Source of the DNA: Candidatus Woesearchaeota archaeon
GTDB lineage: Archaea; Nanobdellota; Nanobdellia; Woesearchaeales; JAGLGH01
Assembly (NCBI GenBank): GCA_030670545.1
Contig: DAOVBM010000005.1
Location: forward strand, 1-53,942
Length of the DNA: 53,942 nucleotides
Direction of reading: 5' to 3'
Shown here: piece after piece, positions 18,274 through 27,879 of the stretch
Layout of the letters: every line of letters begins with the position of its first letter
How positions within the stretch are numbered: position 1 is the stretch's first letter
The notes under the pieces: model-generated
Told to the model about the DNA's origin: nothing
Database searches by the model: none
The model's input: the letters and a program-made list of their open reading frames with translations, nothing else
Translations under genes and position numbers: made by a program

Positions 18274-20340
18274 TCAGTCATATATTGGTTTCCCTTCGTA
18301 TTTCCAACACACTACTCTTGCTGATTCTGGATCCCATACAACTGTCCTGCCTGGTATTGGGTTTGTTGGCTGGCAGCCCACAGCAATGAGATCTGACTTA
18401 GTTTTCAATATTTGTGATCCCACGCTATTCGCCTGCATCCTGACTTCAGACCATCCCTGCCAGGTATCTCCACCATAATATACTAATGGCATTACCCCAA
18501 TCCAAAATGAATTAACCCTGCAAGGCTGCTCAAAGCTTGCATCTGAATTTATAGAGCCACAATCATCTCCTTTGCATGTCGCAGTATATCCTTTACCAGA
18601 CATCAATGACTTACAAGTGTCACCAATATTCCAATTATCAAAAGTCTTACTTCCAAAAGCGCCCTCAAAACGCAATTCATCAACCTCACCATCACAATCT
18701 TCATCAAGCCCATTGCTTGATGATGTTCCTTCAATTAATGAGCATATCAATGTCACAGGAACCTCACCAGAAGGTAAAGACTCGTCTGTCGCATTGAATG
18801 ATTTGATTGTATAATAGTGTGTATCATAACTGCCTGATTCATGTATATATGATATATTTGCTGTTGTAGCTATTTCTACCCCATCTTCAAATATTTTATA
18901 TCCTGCTGCCATAGGAACAGCAGTCCATTCTATTTTTACATTCGGAACCATTACAGTTGCTTCACTATCTGTATACATGTTCCAAGGCTTAGCTAAATTA
19001 ATTACTGGTGGTTGAATGCCTACTGGCACGCATGCTGGAGATTCAGTCCCCCAATCAGCAATATTAAATATAACTGTCTGTGAATCAGAATACTCCCCAT
19101 CTGAAACATTCACAGTAAGATATTTTTTATTTGTATAAGGGGGCGCTTCTACATCCTCAATCAAATCAGGAAGGCTTTCAATATAACTTACAGTAATTAT
19201 ATCATCATCAGGGTCATAATACTGCTTATGTTCTAATATAGGAGATAACGACCTTATTGATTCATTAAAATCAAATTTTCTATCTCCACATTCATCCTCA
19301 ACTATAAGGATATTTTCTTCATCTCCCCTGATCTTATAAGAACTCTTTAATAAAGGCAGGCTGAATTGATCAATATAATGCAGTGCTGGAGGCCTGTTTA
19401 CAATAAGTATATTCAGGCTGAATGGGACTCCATTAAGAAGTGAGGATGTATCCTCAATCACAACTATATCATCAAATCCTCCAGATATGTCCTTATTGAT
19501 ATCTTTCACTTTTATTGAACCCTGTTCTTTTCCCCTCATCTTGTGGCTTATATCTATTGTTTCGCTATGCAGCAGGCTTCTTGTAAAATAATATATGTCT
19601 TTCATATTTATCTGGAAATTAACAAAAAAATCCTCAAGGTGTATTAGTTCATTTGTTGCTTTTTTACGAACATCAAGAGGGTAGTTTACATCAATATATG
19701 TTAAGCTGCCTGTAAATGTTATATTTGCTGTTATATCCTCTTCTTTTACATCCAGATTTGGGAAATTCACAAAACCTTTAGTGCATTCCTTAAGATTATT
19801 TTCAATATAATACTTTAGCTGACCTTTTATTGTAATATTCCTTGCTGAATCTGTAGGATCCTCAAGCGCTGGGAGATCAACATACCCAAAAAGCCCGCCT
19901 AAAAAATACTGGCCAGCAAGCAGGGGAAACCCTTCATAAGGATATTCTGGAAGTTTGATTGGAAATGCTGTTCCTAGACCTGACTCAAACTGCTTTATGC
20001 TATATGCTACATAAGCCTGTTCTTCAGGCACATAAAGATAATCTTTTCCTGCATCCCCTAATGGAATCGGACCTCCCTGCAAATCAAATAGCCTCCATCC
20101 TTGTTTTCCAAGAAGCAAAATTCCATTTTCGGCTGTCAGTTCAACGCATGACTGCGCAAAATTCTTTAATGCTGCAATTTCAGCAGGCAGCTGTCTTACT
20201 TTTTCAGCCTCTCTTTTTCTTTCCTCTTCTGTGGTCCTGCTTATCAGGATGAATAAAGTTATGAATATCATGACCATAACTAATCCTGTTATGATGAAAA
20301 ATGTTATCTGCCCTTTCCTTGTTTTACAATTATTGCCCAT
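18274..20340 (-). CDS. Large pilin-like protein (class III signal peptide) with FN3-like and Cys-rich C-terminal domains
   Basis: TRKG|QITFFIITGLVMVMIFITLFIL; NRPPAL..DPDDD Ig-like module; W....A.GYKIF...Y.IKS.N...ES..S FN3 pattern; NGLDEDCDGEVDE motif. Confidence 0.82.
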   Translation of the reverse strand: MGNNCKTRKGQITFFIITGLVMVMIFITLFILISRTTEEERKREAEKVRQLPAEIAALKNFAQSCVELTAENGILLLGKQGWRLFDLQGGPIPLGDAGKDYLYVPEEQAYVAYSIKQFESGLGTAFPIKLPEYPYEGFPLLAGQYFLGGLFGYVDLPALEDPTDSARNITIKGQLKYYIENNLKECTKGFVNFPNLDVKEEDITANITFTGSLTYIDVNYPLDVRKKATNELIHLEDFFVNFQINMKDIYYFTRSLLHSETIDISHKMRGKEQGSIKVKDINKDISGGFDDIVVIEDTSSLLNGVPFSLNILIVNRPPALHYIDQFSLPLLKSSYKIRGDEENILIVEDECGDRKFDFNESIRSLSPILEHKQYYDPDDDIITVSYIESLPDLIEDVEAPPYTNKKYLTVNVSDGEYSDSQTVIFNIADWGTESPACVPVGIQPPVINLAKPWNMYTDSEATVMVPNVKIEWTAVPMAAGYKIFEDGVEIATTANISYIHESGSYDTHYYTIKSFNATDESLPSGEVPVTLICSLIEGTSSSNGLDEDCDGEVDELRFEGAFGSKTFDNWNIGDTCKSLMSGKGYTATCKGDDCGSINSDASFEQPCRVNSFWIGVMPLVYYGGDTWQGWSEVRMQANSVGSQILKTKSDLIAVGCQPTNPIPGRTVVWDPESARVVCWKYEGKPIYD

Positions 20341-20364
20341 TATCTTTCTTACCCTGGTCCATGC

Positions 20365-23300
20365 TTATTCAAATCTTAATTTAGATGTCAGATCCTGCCA
20401 TATATCCTCACCTGTATCATCCCTTGAAAATACATAATAATCATTAGTTATCTGGTTGCAGACCACAGTTTCATATGCTCTTGGAGCATAAGTATATTCC
20501 ATATGGAACCTATCATCATATAGCTCAACATACTGGCATATATCTACACCTGAAAATCCACTGTAGCTTACTGCAATGAATGTTCCAGTAATGATGTCAA
20601 CAGGTGAAGCTGAATCACCTACTGTCTCAACAGCCTTTCCTGCTGTTGCTACAATAGTATTATCACCGGCGTGCATTAAATATATCCTGTCAAAATTAGA
20701 TGCATTTGTTATAAAGCCTGATTTTATTTCAACCGGTTCTCCAAATACTGTGCTCTGCGGTTTCCAGAACTGCACAGCTTCAAGCATGCTGAATATCTTA
20801 TCCTTAAGAAGAATGCCTAACATATCAAACCAGTTATCATTCTCAAGATAAATGCCTTGCACATAGTATTTATTATATATCACTGATTCTATATCATGAT
20901 TATACCATACTTCATCATGGCTGCAGTCTACAAATCTGCCAGAGGATTGCACTGCTTCAGACTGTTTCTCATCAACGCACAGGCTTGTGACTGGATCCCC
21001 TTCAAAAACATATGAGTCTATAGGGATATTATAGCTTGTGCCTATAAGGATCTGGTTGCCGCGATGATCTTCATAATCAAGTATGCATACATTGTTTATG
21101 CATGGGACCAGATAACCATTCTCCCTCTCACAAATGCCTGGCAGTTCACCCTCATATTTCGGAAGCGCTTTCTCATAATCATCGCAATACAAGGAATAAT
21201 CCTGTATTCCTTCCTGTTCCATCTTCTGCAGCATTGCCAGCGCAATCTGCCTTGTCCTTGATGTCCAGTTGCCTTTTTCGCAGTAGCTGTCAAGGAAATA
21301 CTGGTTGTCATTGATGCATATAGGCTTTTGTGAATAGGTATAGAAACTCTCTGCATTATCATTGTTATCTGCTTCCCCAGACATTGTCACAAGGCACTGT
21401 TCTTCTCTTGGACAGAACCCCACTTCTGTGCTGTTCCAGTTAGGCTTAAGCGCAGCCTTGACCCATGCGCCGTCATAACAGCGATATCCAAAATAAGTCA
21501 AACGCGAACCCTCATCAATCTGGTTGGCCACGCATTCTTCTCCATTCCAGCAGTTATCTGCAGGACAGCAGGCATTTTGCACTGGTACTGTAACTGGAGC
21601 AGAGCTTAATGAAAGGTTTGCAGCGCTTGTTTTTTCCCATACTTCCTGATAAGAACAATATGCATTATAGCCTAATCCCCCTTTCAATAGTGTGCAGAGC
21701 TCCTTATTCTTAACCAAAGGCTGCCCTGTATGCAGATCTAATATATCCAGCAGGTATTCATTATTCTCTTTGTATTGTTTCTTATCTATTGCGCAACCAA
21801 GGAATTCACCATTATAATTGAGAACTTCCCTTAACTCTTTTCCATCATGTTTGACATAATTATTTTTATATACTGTTGTGCTGTTCCAGCAGCCGCCTTT
21901 TCCATCTATGTCATTATAAAATTCATCATTATCATCAGCTTCTCCGCAGCACAAATCTCCAGTCCACACAAGCCCTTCACTAGTGCCGTCAGGCAGAGTG
22001 GCTGCAGTACATGAAATCCCTAGAGGGTCATTTTGCTTTATATTGTCGAGATCCTTCTGGAGAGCAGAATAAGATGTGCAGTAATATCTGCCGTCTGATT
22101 TTTCCCTGCTTCCTCCAGTCCTTAATCTTTCACCGCCAAATGATGCTCCCATTATAAATGAATTGCATGTATCCTCTCCGCAGCATTCAGTGAGATTCCA
22201 TCTGAAATCCGTATAATAACATCCATAATCATGGTTCCGGATATTACGAATAACATTTCCAAACTCCAATGCTTTATCTACAGGGGATCCGCTATGTTCT
22301 TCAGGACTATTTATATCAGTCATATTGCAGCCAAACCAGTTTGTACCGTCAGAGACTGCAGGTTTATCTCCGCATATTGTATGCACAATACCTCCCTGCG
22401 CCTTATCTGCGTCTAACCATGCCCATCCTCCCTGTTGATCATTATCAAAACAAAGGCTTCCACCCTGAACCATCTGGCAATCATCGCCGATTCCAGCTGG
22501 AATTATTTCAATATGGATTGTTTGGTCAATTGAGTTGTCAGGATTTATATTATTGTATGTATCAAGAATATTAAGAAAAGCATCTGGTATTGCATATACT
22601 TTAATTGTATCTGCATTCAGATTCCCGCCATCCTGGCTTACCATATGTATAATATATACGCCAGTTTCAGTTATAGTTTTTGTGAAATACCTCTCACTCT
22701 CAGTTGTGCTGGCAGATAATGAGTAGTATTGCACTCCAAGTGCCATTTCATCAAAACCAAAATTACTTTCATAAATAGATTCATTTGTTTCTCCCCTGTA
22801 TAACTCAAGAGTATATGTCCTGCCTGGTTCAGCATCAAAATTTCCCATAACCTGCGTGAATGGTGTGACACACGGAGCACTGCCATCTGCATAATAAATA
22901 TAATTTTCGTCAGGTCCTGAGCGTTCAATCACTGAACCGGTAATACTGCTGCCCAGATCATCATATATCTTTGCATAAACAACTGTATCAACAAGATAAC
23001 AATTGGAAATATTAAAAGAATATTCAACTGTTTGCGCCTTATCTACCAAAAAAAATCTATCTTCTGTCATGCTATAACTAAAGTAAGCCATAGAGATATC
23101 TGTTGAATTTTCAATATCACTTAATACTGGTATATCCTCTTCTATAACCTTTACAGAAAGTAGCCAGTCATCATAAATCCTTCCTCTGTCATCACCACAG
23201 CACTTTTTGCCATCTCCTCCATCTGGATTCCAATCCCCTCCTCCGCATTCCACATTCCTGCAGAACTCTTCGTCAGCATCCCAATCAACATAATATGCAG

Positions 23301-23574
23301 GAATTGTTTTGCTTTCTCCATCTGCCCAGACACTGGCAGAATACTGTCCTTCCTGTTCGCAGGGTTTTGCTATTAGACTACAAGTAGTGATTCCTTGCTG
23401 CCCAAACTGGCTGCAGTCAGTTTTTACAGCGCCGCAACTCGTATCTCCGTAAGGACACCCCTCTGGATGAACAGAAACCGGCGCATATACCTGCATGCCC
23501 ATAAGAATTATAGATAAGATACATACCAAAAGAAATACCATTATTCTTGAACTGTTTGCAGCACCCGTATTCAT
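20365..23574 (-). CDS. Large secreted/surface Cys-rich hypothetical protein
   Basis: N-terminal signal/TM segment; repeated CCG(D/E) motifs and many C..W/G..C modules; acidic composition. Confidence 0.82.
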   Translation of the reverse strand: MNTGAANSSRIMVFLLVCILSIILMGMQVYAPVSVHPEGCPYGDTSCGAVKTDCSQFGQQGITTCSLIAKPCEQEGQYSASVWADGESKTIPAYYVDWDADEEFCRNVECGGGDWNPDGGDGKKCCGDDRGRIYDDWLLSVKVIEEDIPVLSDIENSTDISMAYFSYSMTEDRFFLVDKAQTVEYSFNISNCYLVDTVVYAKIYDDLGSSITGSVIERSGPDENYIYYADGSAPCVTPFTQVMGNFDAEPGRTYTLELYRGETNESIYESNFGFDEMALGVQYYSLSASTTESERYFTKTITETGVYIIHMVSQDGGNLNADTIKVYAIPDAFLNILDTYNNINPDNSIDQTIHIEIIPAGIGDDCQMVQGGSLCFDNDQQGGWAWLDADKAQGGIVHTICGDKPAVSDGTNWFGCNMTDINSPEEHSGSPVDKALEFGNVIRNIRNHDYGCYYTDFRWNLTECCGEDTCNSFIMGASFGGERLRTGGSREKSDGRYYCTSYSALQKDLDNIKQNDPLGISCTAATLPDGTSEGLVWTGDLCCGEADDNDEFYNDIDGKGGCWNSTTVYKNNYVKHDGKELREVLNYNGEFLGCAIDKKQYKENNEYLLDILDLHTGQPLVKNKELCTLLKGGLGYNAYCSYQEVWEKTSAANLSLSSAPVTVPVQNACCPADNCWNGEECVANQIDEGSRLTYFGYRCYDGAWVKAALKPNWNSTEVGFCPREEQCLVTMSGEADNNDNAESFYTYSQKPICINDNQYFLDSYCEKGNWTSRTRQIALAMLQKMEQEGIQDYSLYCDDYEKALPKYEGELPGICERENGYLVPCINNVCILDYEDHRGNQILIGTSYNIPIDSYVFEGDPVTSLCVDEKQSEAVQSSGRFVDCSHDEVWYNHDIESVIYNKYYVQGIYLENDNWFDMLGILLKDKIFSMLEAVQFWKPQSTVFGEPVEIKSGFITNASNFDRIYLMHAGDNTIVATAGKAVETVGDSASPVDIITGTFIAVSYSGFSGVDICQYVELYDDRFHMEYTYAPRAYETVVCNQITNDYYVFSRDDTGEDIWQDLTSKLRFE

Positions 23575-23696
23575 AGATTAAACCCCTTTTTTTTATAAAT
23601 ACTTATATCCTATTGGCATATATTTAAATATTTCGGAAAATTTAATTTGATTCAACATTAGAAACTTATTTAAACCATGTTATATCTTAATAGATA
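23575..23696. promoter_or_regulatory. Divergent promoter region between the surface-protein operon and the radical-SAM cluster
   Basis: Minus-strand CCGAAATATTTAAATA (about 23621-23636) and plus-strand GAAACTTATTTAAAC (23661-23675). Confidence 0.55.
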
Positions 23697-24605
23697 ATGG
23701 TTTTTTCAATGAAAAGAATTGATATAAAAGTAGGTTTCTCGTGTAATAATAACTGCTTGTTCTGTGCCCAAGGGCATAAAAAGTCATTTGGTGACAGATC
23801 CACTATAGAAATAGAGAGGGATTTGAGTTCTTCAAAAATAAGATGCGGGGGCGTTGTATTTACTGGAGGTGAATTTACAATAAGAAAAGACGCGTTTGAA
23901 CTTGTATCATATGCCAAAGTGCTGGGTTTCTCTGTGATCCAGATACAATCAAACGGCCGCATGTTCAGTAATAAGGCTTTCTGCAAGAAAATCATAAATT
24001 GCGGTGCAAACCAATTTGCACTTGCTCTTCATGGCCATACCCCAGATATACATGAGAATCTTACAAGAGCAAAAGGAAGTTTTAATCAGACCGTGAGAGG
24101 CATAAAAAACCTTAAAGAACTATCCCAAACTGTCCTTATGAATACAGTAGTCAATCTCCAAAATTACAAGCATCTTCCAGAACTTGCGCACCTTTTTGTT
24201 GATCTTGGGGTGGATCAATTTCAGTTTGCATTTATTCATCCAATAGGAACGGGATATAAATACTTTGATGAAATGGTTCCAAGAATTAGTGATGCTGCGC
24301 CATATATACATCAGGGGCTTCAGATAGGCATTGATGCAGGTATAAGTGTAATGGCAGAAGCAATGCCTTTTTGCCTGATGAATGGATACGAAAAATATGT
24401 TTCTGAATTGAGGATTCCAGTTACAGAAGTAAGTGATGTAGATTCTTATGTTTTAGATTATCTGCAGCAGAAAAAGAACGAAGGCAAAATGAAATTTAAA
24501 AAATGCTTTGCATGCAATTTTAATAAAATATGCGAAGGACCCTGGAAAGAATATCCTGAAAGATTTGGTGACTACGAATTTAATCCTATTAAAAAATCAA
24601 AGTGA
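23697..24605 (+). CDS. Radical SAM protein (HxsC-like group)
   Basis: DIKVGFSCNNNCLFC, FTGGEFT, IQSNGRM, EAMPFC and C-terminal CxxCxxxxxCEGPWKEY...G..EF.P. Confidence 0.9.
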   Translation: MVFSMKRIDIKVGFSCNNNCLFCAQGHKKSFGDRSTIEIERDLSSSKIRCGGVVFTGGEFTIRKDAFELVSYAKVLGFSVIQIQSNGRMFSNKAFCKKIINCGANQFALALHGHTPDIHENLTRAKGSFNQTVRGIKNLKELSQTVLMNTVVNLQNYKHLPELAHLFVDLGVDQFQFAFIHPIGTGYKYFDEMVPRISDAAPYIHQGLQIGIDAGISVMAEAMPFCLMNGYEKYVSELRIPVTEVSDVDSYVLDYLQQKKNEGKMKFKKCFACNFNKICEGPWKEYPERFGDYEFNPIKKSK

Positions 24606-25052
24606 TATAGTGTTTTGTCTGACTATATCAAAAATTTGTAAAAATCTTTTTTCATTAAGTTGCTTAAACCCTAACCTGAGATAATTATTCCTAAATAATT
24701 CTATATTAAAATTCATCCAATCACTGATTATAATATTGCCATTTGAACGATACGCAAAAGATAAGTCTATCCAGTTATAGAGACTTAATGGATTTATAGA
24801 AATCACATTATATCTACATCTAATTTGCTCTTCAAATAAATCGTTCAGATTATAAGCCATTGCCAAAAATTTCCATAAAAACACAGAATCTGGTGATTTT
24901 TGAACACCTTGCAGCCCTAATTTAATTGCTTCTTGAATCATCTTTTCATTTCTATAAAATTTTGCTAAACTATAATCAATATCACTCCTAATACCAATAT
25001 CAAATAATTCTTTTATTTTTTCTTTTATTTGCATTTCATTCATTTTAATCAA
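24597..25052 (-). CDS. TPR-like hypothetical protein
   Basis: TPR-type periodicity (P.S..LW..LA.AY...; INP.S..NW..LS.AY); overlaps the stop of the DUF483 gene, suggesting coupling. Confidence 0.6.
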   Translation of the reverse strand: MIKMNEMQIKEKIKELFDIGIRSDIDYSLAKFYRNEKMIQEAIKLGLQGVQKSPDSVFLWKFLAMAYNLNDLFEEQIRCRYNVISINPLSLYNWIDLSFAYRSNGNIIISDWMNFNIELFRNNYLRLGFKQLNEKRFLQIFDIVRQNTISL

Positions 25053-25986
25053 ATTCTAGCAAAAAACCATCAAATGGTCTTTTCTTTTTAATGGTTTGAA
25101 CCAATTTCTTATCATTATAGATAATAATCTCATCATCTTTTACTTTTATTCTGTTGCCCTGACAGAACTTAATTCTATATTTATCATCCCTCGGATGACC
25201 AATGAATTTAAATTTAGAGTAATGGAGATAACCATTTTTGGTTCTTCCCTCAAAAACATAAGAAATTTTTTCTGCAAAATTAATAATAGGCAATTTTAGT
25301 GCTTTTCTGATTTCATGCGCATACTCAGGTTCTTTTTCCATGATTACTTCTTCTGTCTGTTTAGCAATATCTATGGTCTTTTTACAATTAAACGAACACG
25401 GGTGATGATGAATATATGAATAACCTATATGATTCAGTATGTTGTTGCAGTAATAAGATAATGCACCTTTTGTTTTTTTATAACTCTCGTAGGGTGTAGA
25501 CATGCCAAATTTGTTAAAAGAATTAAAGAATTCGATACAACAATTAGGATAACCTAAAACTTCACCAAATCGAAGATGATCAATAAATGGCTTATCTATA
25601 ACTCTCTTCCGAATAATGAGGGGATACCATCCAAATCTATGAGCATTAAAAATAGATTTCCTGTATCTTGATATAAATACATGAACCATACCTTCTTTTC
25701 TGTTTGGATCAAAGGGCAATCCCTTGAATTTTGTGGTTGTCAGAAATCTTGCGCCAATAGAAGTTGTAAGCTCCTTTTTAGTTGGTTCTACAAACATACA
25801 ATCTGGTTGACATAATAAATTATAGTTTTTACATGCGCTTTTTAGTTTATTATAAGCTTGAATAGGAATCCATGTATCAAATAAAGGCTTTATTCCATAT
25901 ACTGTTCCAATTACTAACGGGAATTGGCCAATTCCTAAATCTGCAAGTTCTTTGCATATGCTTTTGACTGGATAATCATATAACAT
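25045..25986 (-). CDS. DUF483-domain protein (putative metal-binding)
   Basis: GIKP, FGEVLGYPNCCIEFF and HHPCSFNCKKT motifs. Confidence 0.75.
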   Translation of the reverse strand: MLYDYPVKSICKELADLGIGQFPLVIGTVYGIKPLFDTWIPIQAYNKLKSACKNYNLLCQPDCMFVEPTKKELTTSIGARFLTTTKFKGLPFDPNRKEGMVHVFISRYRKSIFNAHRFGWYPLIIRKRVIDKPFIDHLRFGEVLGYPNCCIEFFNSFNKFGMSTPYESYKKTKGALSYYCNNILNHIGYSYIHHHPCSFNCKKTIDIAKQTEEVIMEKEPEYAHEIRKALKLPIINFAEKISYVFEGRTKNGYLHYSKFKFIGHPRDDKYRIKFCQGNRIKVKDDEIIIYNDKKLVQTIKKKRPFDGFLLEFD

Positions 25987-26052
25987 TCAAGAGTTTGGGG
26001 GATTAGAAAGTTATTTAAAGTTTATTATAAATTTTAAGATAGGGGGTTCTTA

Positions 26053-26961
26053 ATGAAAAAAGCAGATATAAAAGTCAGTTTTTCATGCAACAATAATTGT
26101 AAATTTTGCATTGTCGCAGATAAAGGAAGACACAAGAAAAAAACAACTCAGGAAATCATGAGAGATATTGATTCTGCAAAAACATCAGGCATCAATGAGA
26201 TAATATTCACTGGTGGAGAACCGACAATAAGGAAGGATATATTTCAAATCATAGAATATGCAAGCAAAACAGGATTTAACAAGGTAGGAATATATACAAA
26301 TGCCAGAATGTTATCATATCCAGAATTTACATCAAAGCTTGTAAAATGTGGGCTGAACTGGTGCCTTGTTTCATTACATGGCCCTAATGACAATATCCAC
26401 GATTCTCTGACACAAGTAAATGGAAGTTTCAGACAGACAACAAGGGGGATAAAAAACATTGTTGAATCTGGCATTGAAGTGATGAATAATATTACTATTA
26501 CAAAAATAAATTATACTTCTCTTTCTAACATCATAAATCTTATTAAATCTCTTGGAATCAAATATACTAATATGACATTTGTTGATATCATGGGAAATGC
26601 TTTTGAGTTCAGGGAGGATATAGTAGTCAATTACAGAGAACTCCAACCATATCTGATTGATGCAATTGAAACTGCTAAAGGCATTGACTGCTTCAAAGCA
26701 ACTACTGAGAACATACCTTTATGCATCCTTGGAAAGTTCTGGCAATCTGCTCGCGAGAATGATTTTGCCAGAGACAAATGGGTATTTAACGAACCGCAGT
26801 CAAATTCTATTGATTTTAACAAGAGCAGAACAGAATCAAAATTCAAAAAGAAATCCTGCTTATCCTGCAGCTTAAATAACAAATGTGAAGGCATAAGAAA
26901 AATATATGCAAAGATATATGGGGATGAGGAGTTTAAGCCAATCATAAAACAGGTAAATTAG
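26053..26961 (+). CDS. Radical SAM protein (HxsC-like group), paralog of 23697..24605
   Basis: DIKVSFSCNNNCKFC, FTGGEPT, TNARML, ENIPLC and CxxCxxxxxCEG...Y...G.EEFKP. Confidence 0.9.
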   Translation: MKKADIKVSFSCNNNCKFCIVADKGRHKKKTTQEIMRDIDSAKTSGINEIIFTGGEPTIRKDIFQIIEYASKTGFNKVGIYTNARMLSYPEFTSKLVKCGLNWCLVSLHGPNDNIHDSLTQVNGSFRQTTRGIKNIVESGIEVMNNITITKINYTSLSNIINLIKSLGIKYTNMTFVDIMGNAFEFREDIVVNYRELQPYLIDAIETAKGIDCFKATTENIPLCILGKFWQSARENDFARDKWVFNEPQSNSIDFNKSRTESKFKKKSCLSCSLNNKCEGIRKIYAKIYGDEEFKPIIKQVN

Positions 26962-26994
26962 TGAAATTTGAGATTATAGAATATATTAAAAAAA

Positions 26995-27879
26995 ATGGGT
27001 ATAAATAACAATCAAATAAAAGTGCATCAGGATAAGCATGCAGCCAAAGTTAGGAATTATTACATCTTGAGATCCTGCAACAATAATTGTCTTATGTGTG
27101 TTTATGCAAACAAAAGCAATGAGATGATGCATCTTGAGGATATTGCATCTGATCTAAAATCCCTGGATAAGAATACAAAAACAATATATGTATCTGGTGG
27201 AGAACCAACCTTACATCCAGACTTTTTTGAGATATTAAAAAAGGCAAGAGCTAATTTTAATGGCAATATCCATATCCTGACAAATGGAAGAACATTCTCA
27301 ATCAACACATTCATCAAAAAGCTTGATTTGGATATTGGAAATGCTGTGTTTGGTGTGCCTTTTCACTCATCATATCCAAAAGTCTTTGATGAGATTACAC
27401 AAGTGCCGGGCAGTTTCATGCAGACTGTCAAAGGAATCAACAATCTTACATCTGCTGGGCAGTCAGTTGAATTAAGGATAATCATCAATATGTTGAATTA
27501 TTCTATGCTGCCAGAAATTGCATGGTTTATCAGGAAAAATTTTCCTGCTGTTGACAAGGTCTTATTTATATCCATGGATCTCATAGGGAATGCGGCAATT
27601 AATAAGGATATACTTGCAGTCCGTATTTCTAAAACTACGCCATATCTACATAAAGCAATAGACATTCTTGAGGGGCATTTCCAGATATTGCTTAACCAGA
27701 TTCCGTTATGCCTGCTTGACCCAGATTATCATAAGTTTGCGCATAGAGGCACTTTTGTGGAGAGGGAGCATTCATTTTCCAAGTGGTGCAAGAATTGCAT
27801 ACGGAAAAAGGATTGCGGGGGTACATGGAAAAGCTATATATCCTTTTTCGGGAGTGAAGAGTTTAAACCAATAAAATGA
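26995..27879 (+). CDS. Radical SAM protein resembling His-Xaa-Ser system maturase HxsC
   Basis: CNNNCLMC, SGGEPTL, ILTNGR.F, VELRIII...NY..LP.IA.FI..NFP, PLCLL and CxxCxxxxxCGG. Confidence 0.85.
   Translation: MGINNNQIKVHQDKHAAKVRNYYILRSCNNNCLMCVYANKSNEMMHLEDIASDLKSLDKNTKTIYVSGGEPTLHPDFFEILKKARANFNGNIHILTNGRTFSINTFIKKLDLDIGNAVFGVPFHSSYPKVFDEITQVPGSFMQTVKGINNLTSAGQSVELRIIINMLNYSMLPEIAWFIRKNFPAVDKVLFISMDLIGNAAINKDILAVRISKTTPYLHKAIDILEGHFQILLNQIPLCLLDPDYHKFAHRGTFVEREHSFSKWCKNCIRKKDCGGTWKSYISFFGSEEFKPIK

Noticed and set aside
8786-23574. Diversity-generating retroelement acting on the surface proteins
   Set aside because: No reverse transcriptase, and no template/variable repeat pair differing at adenines was seen by eye.
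23575-27879. His-Xaa-Ser or other RiPP precursor peptide
   Set aside because: Intergenic gaps are short and promoter-like; no HxS-repeat or leader/core-like small ORF was found.
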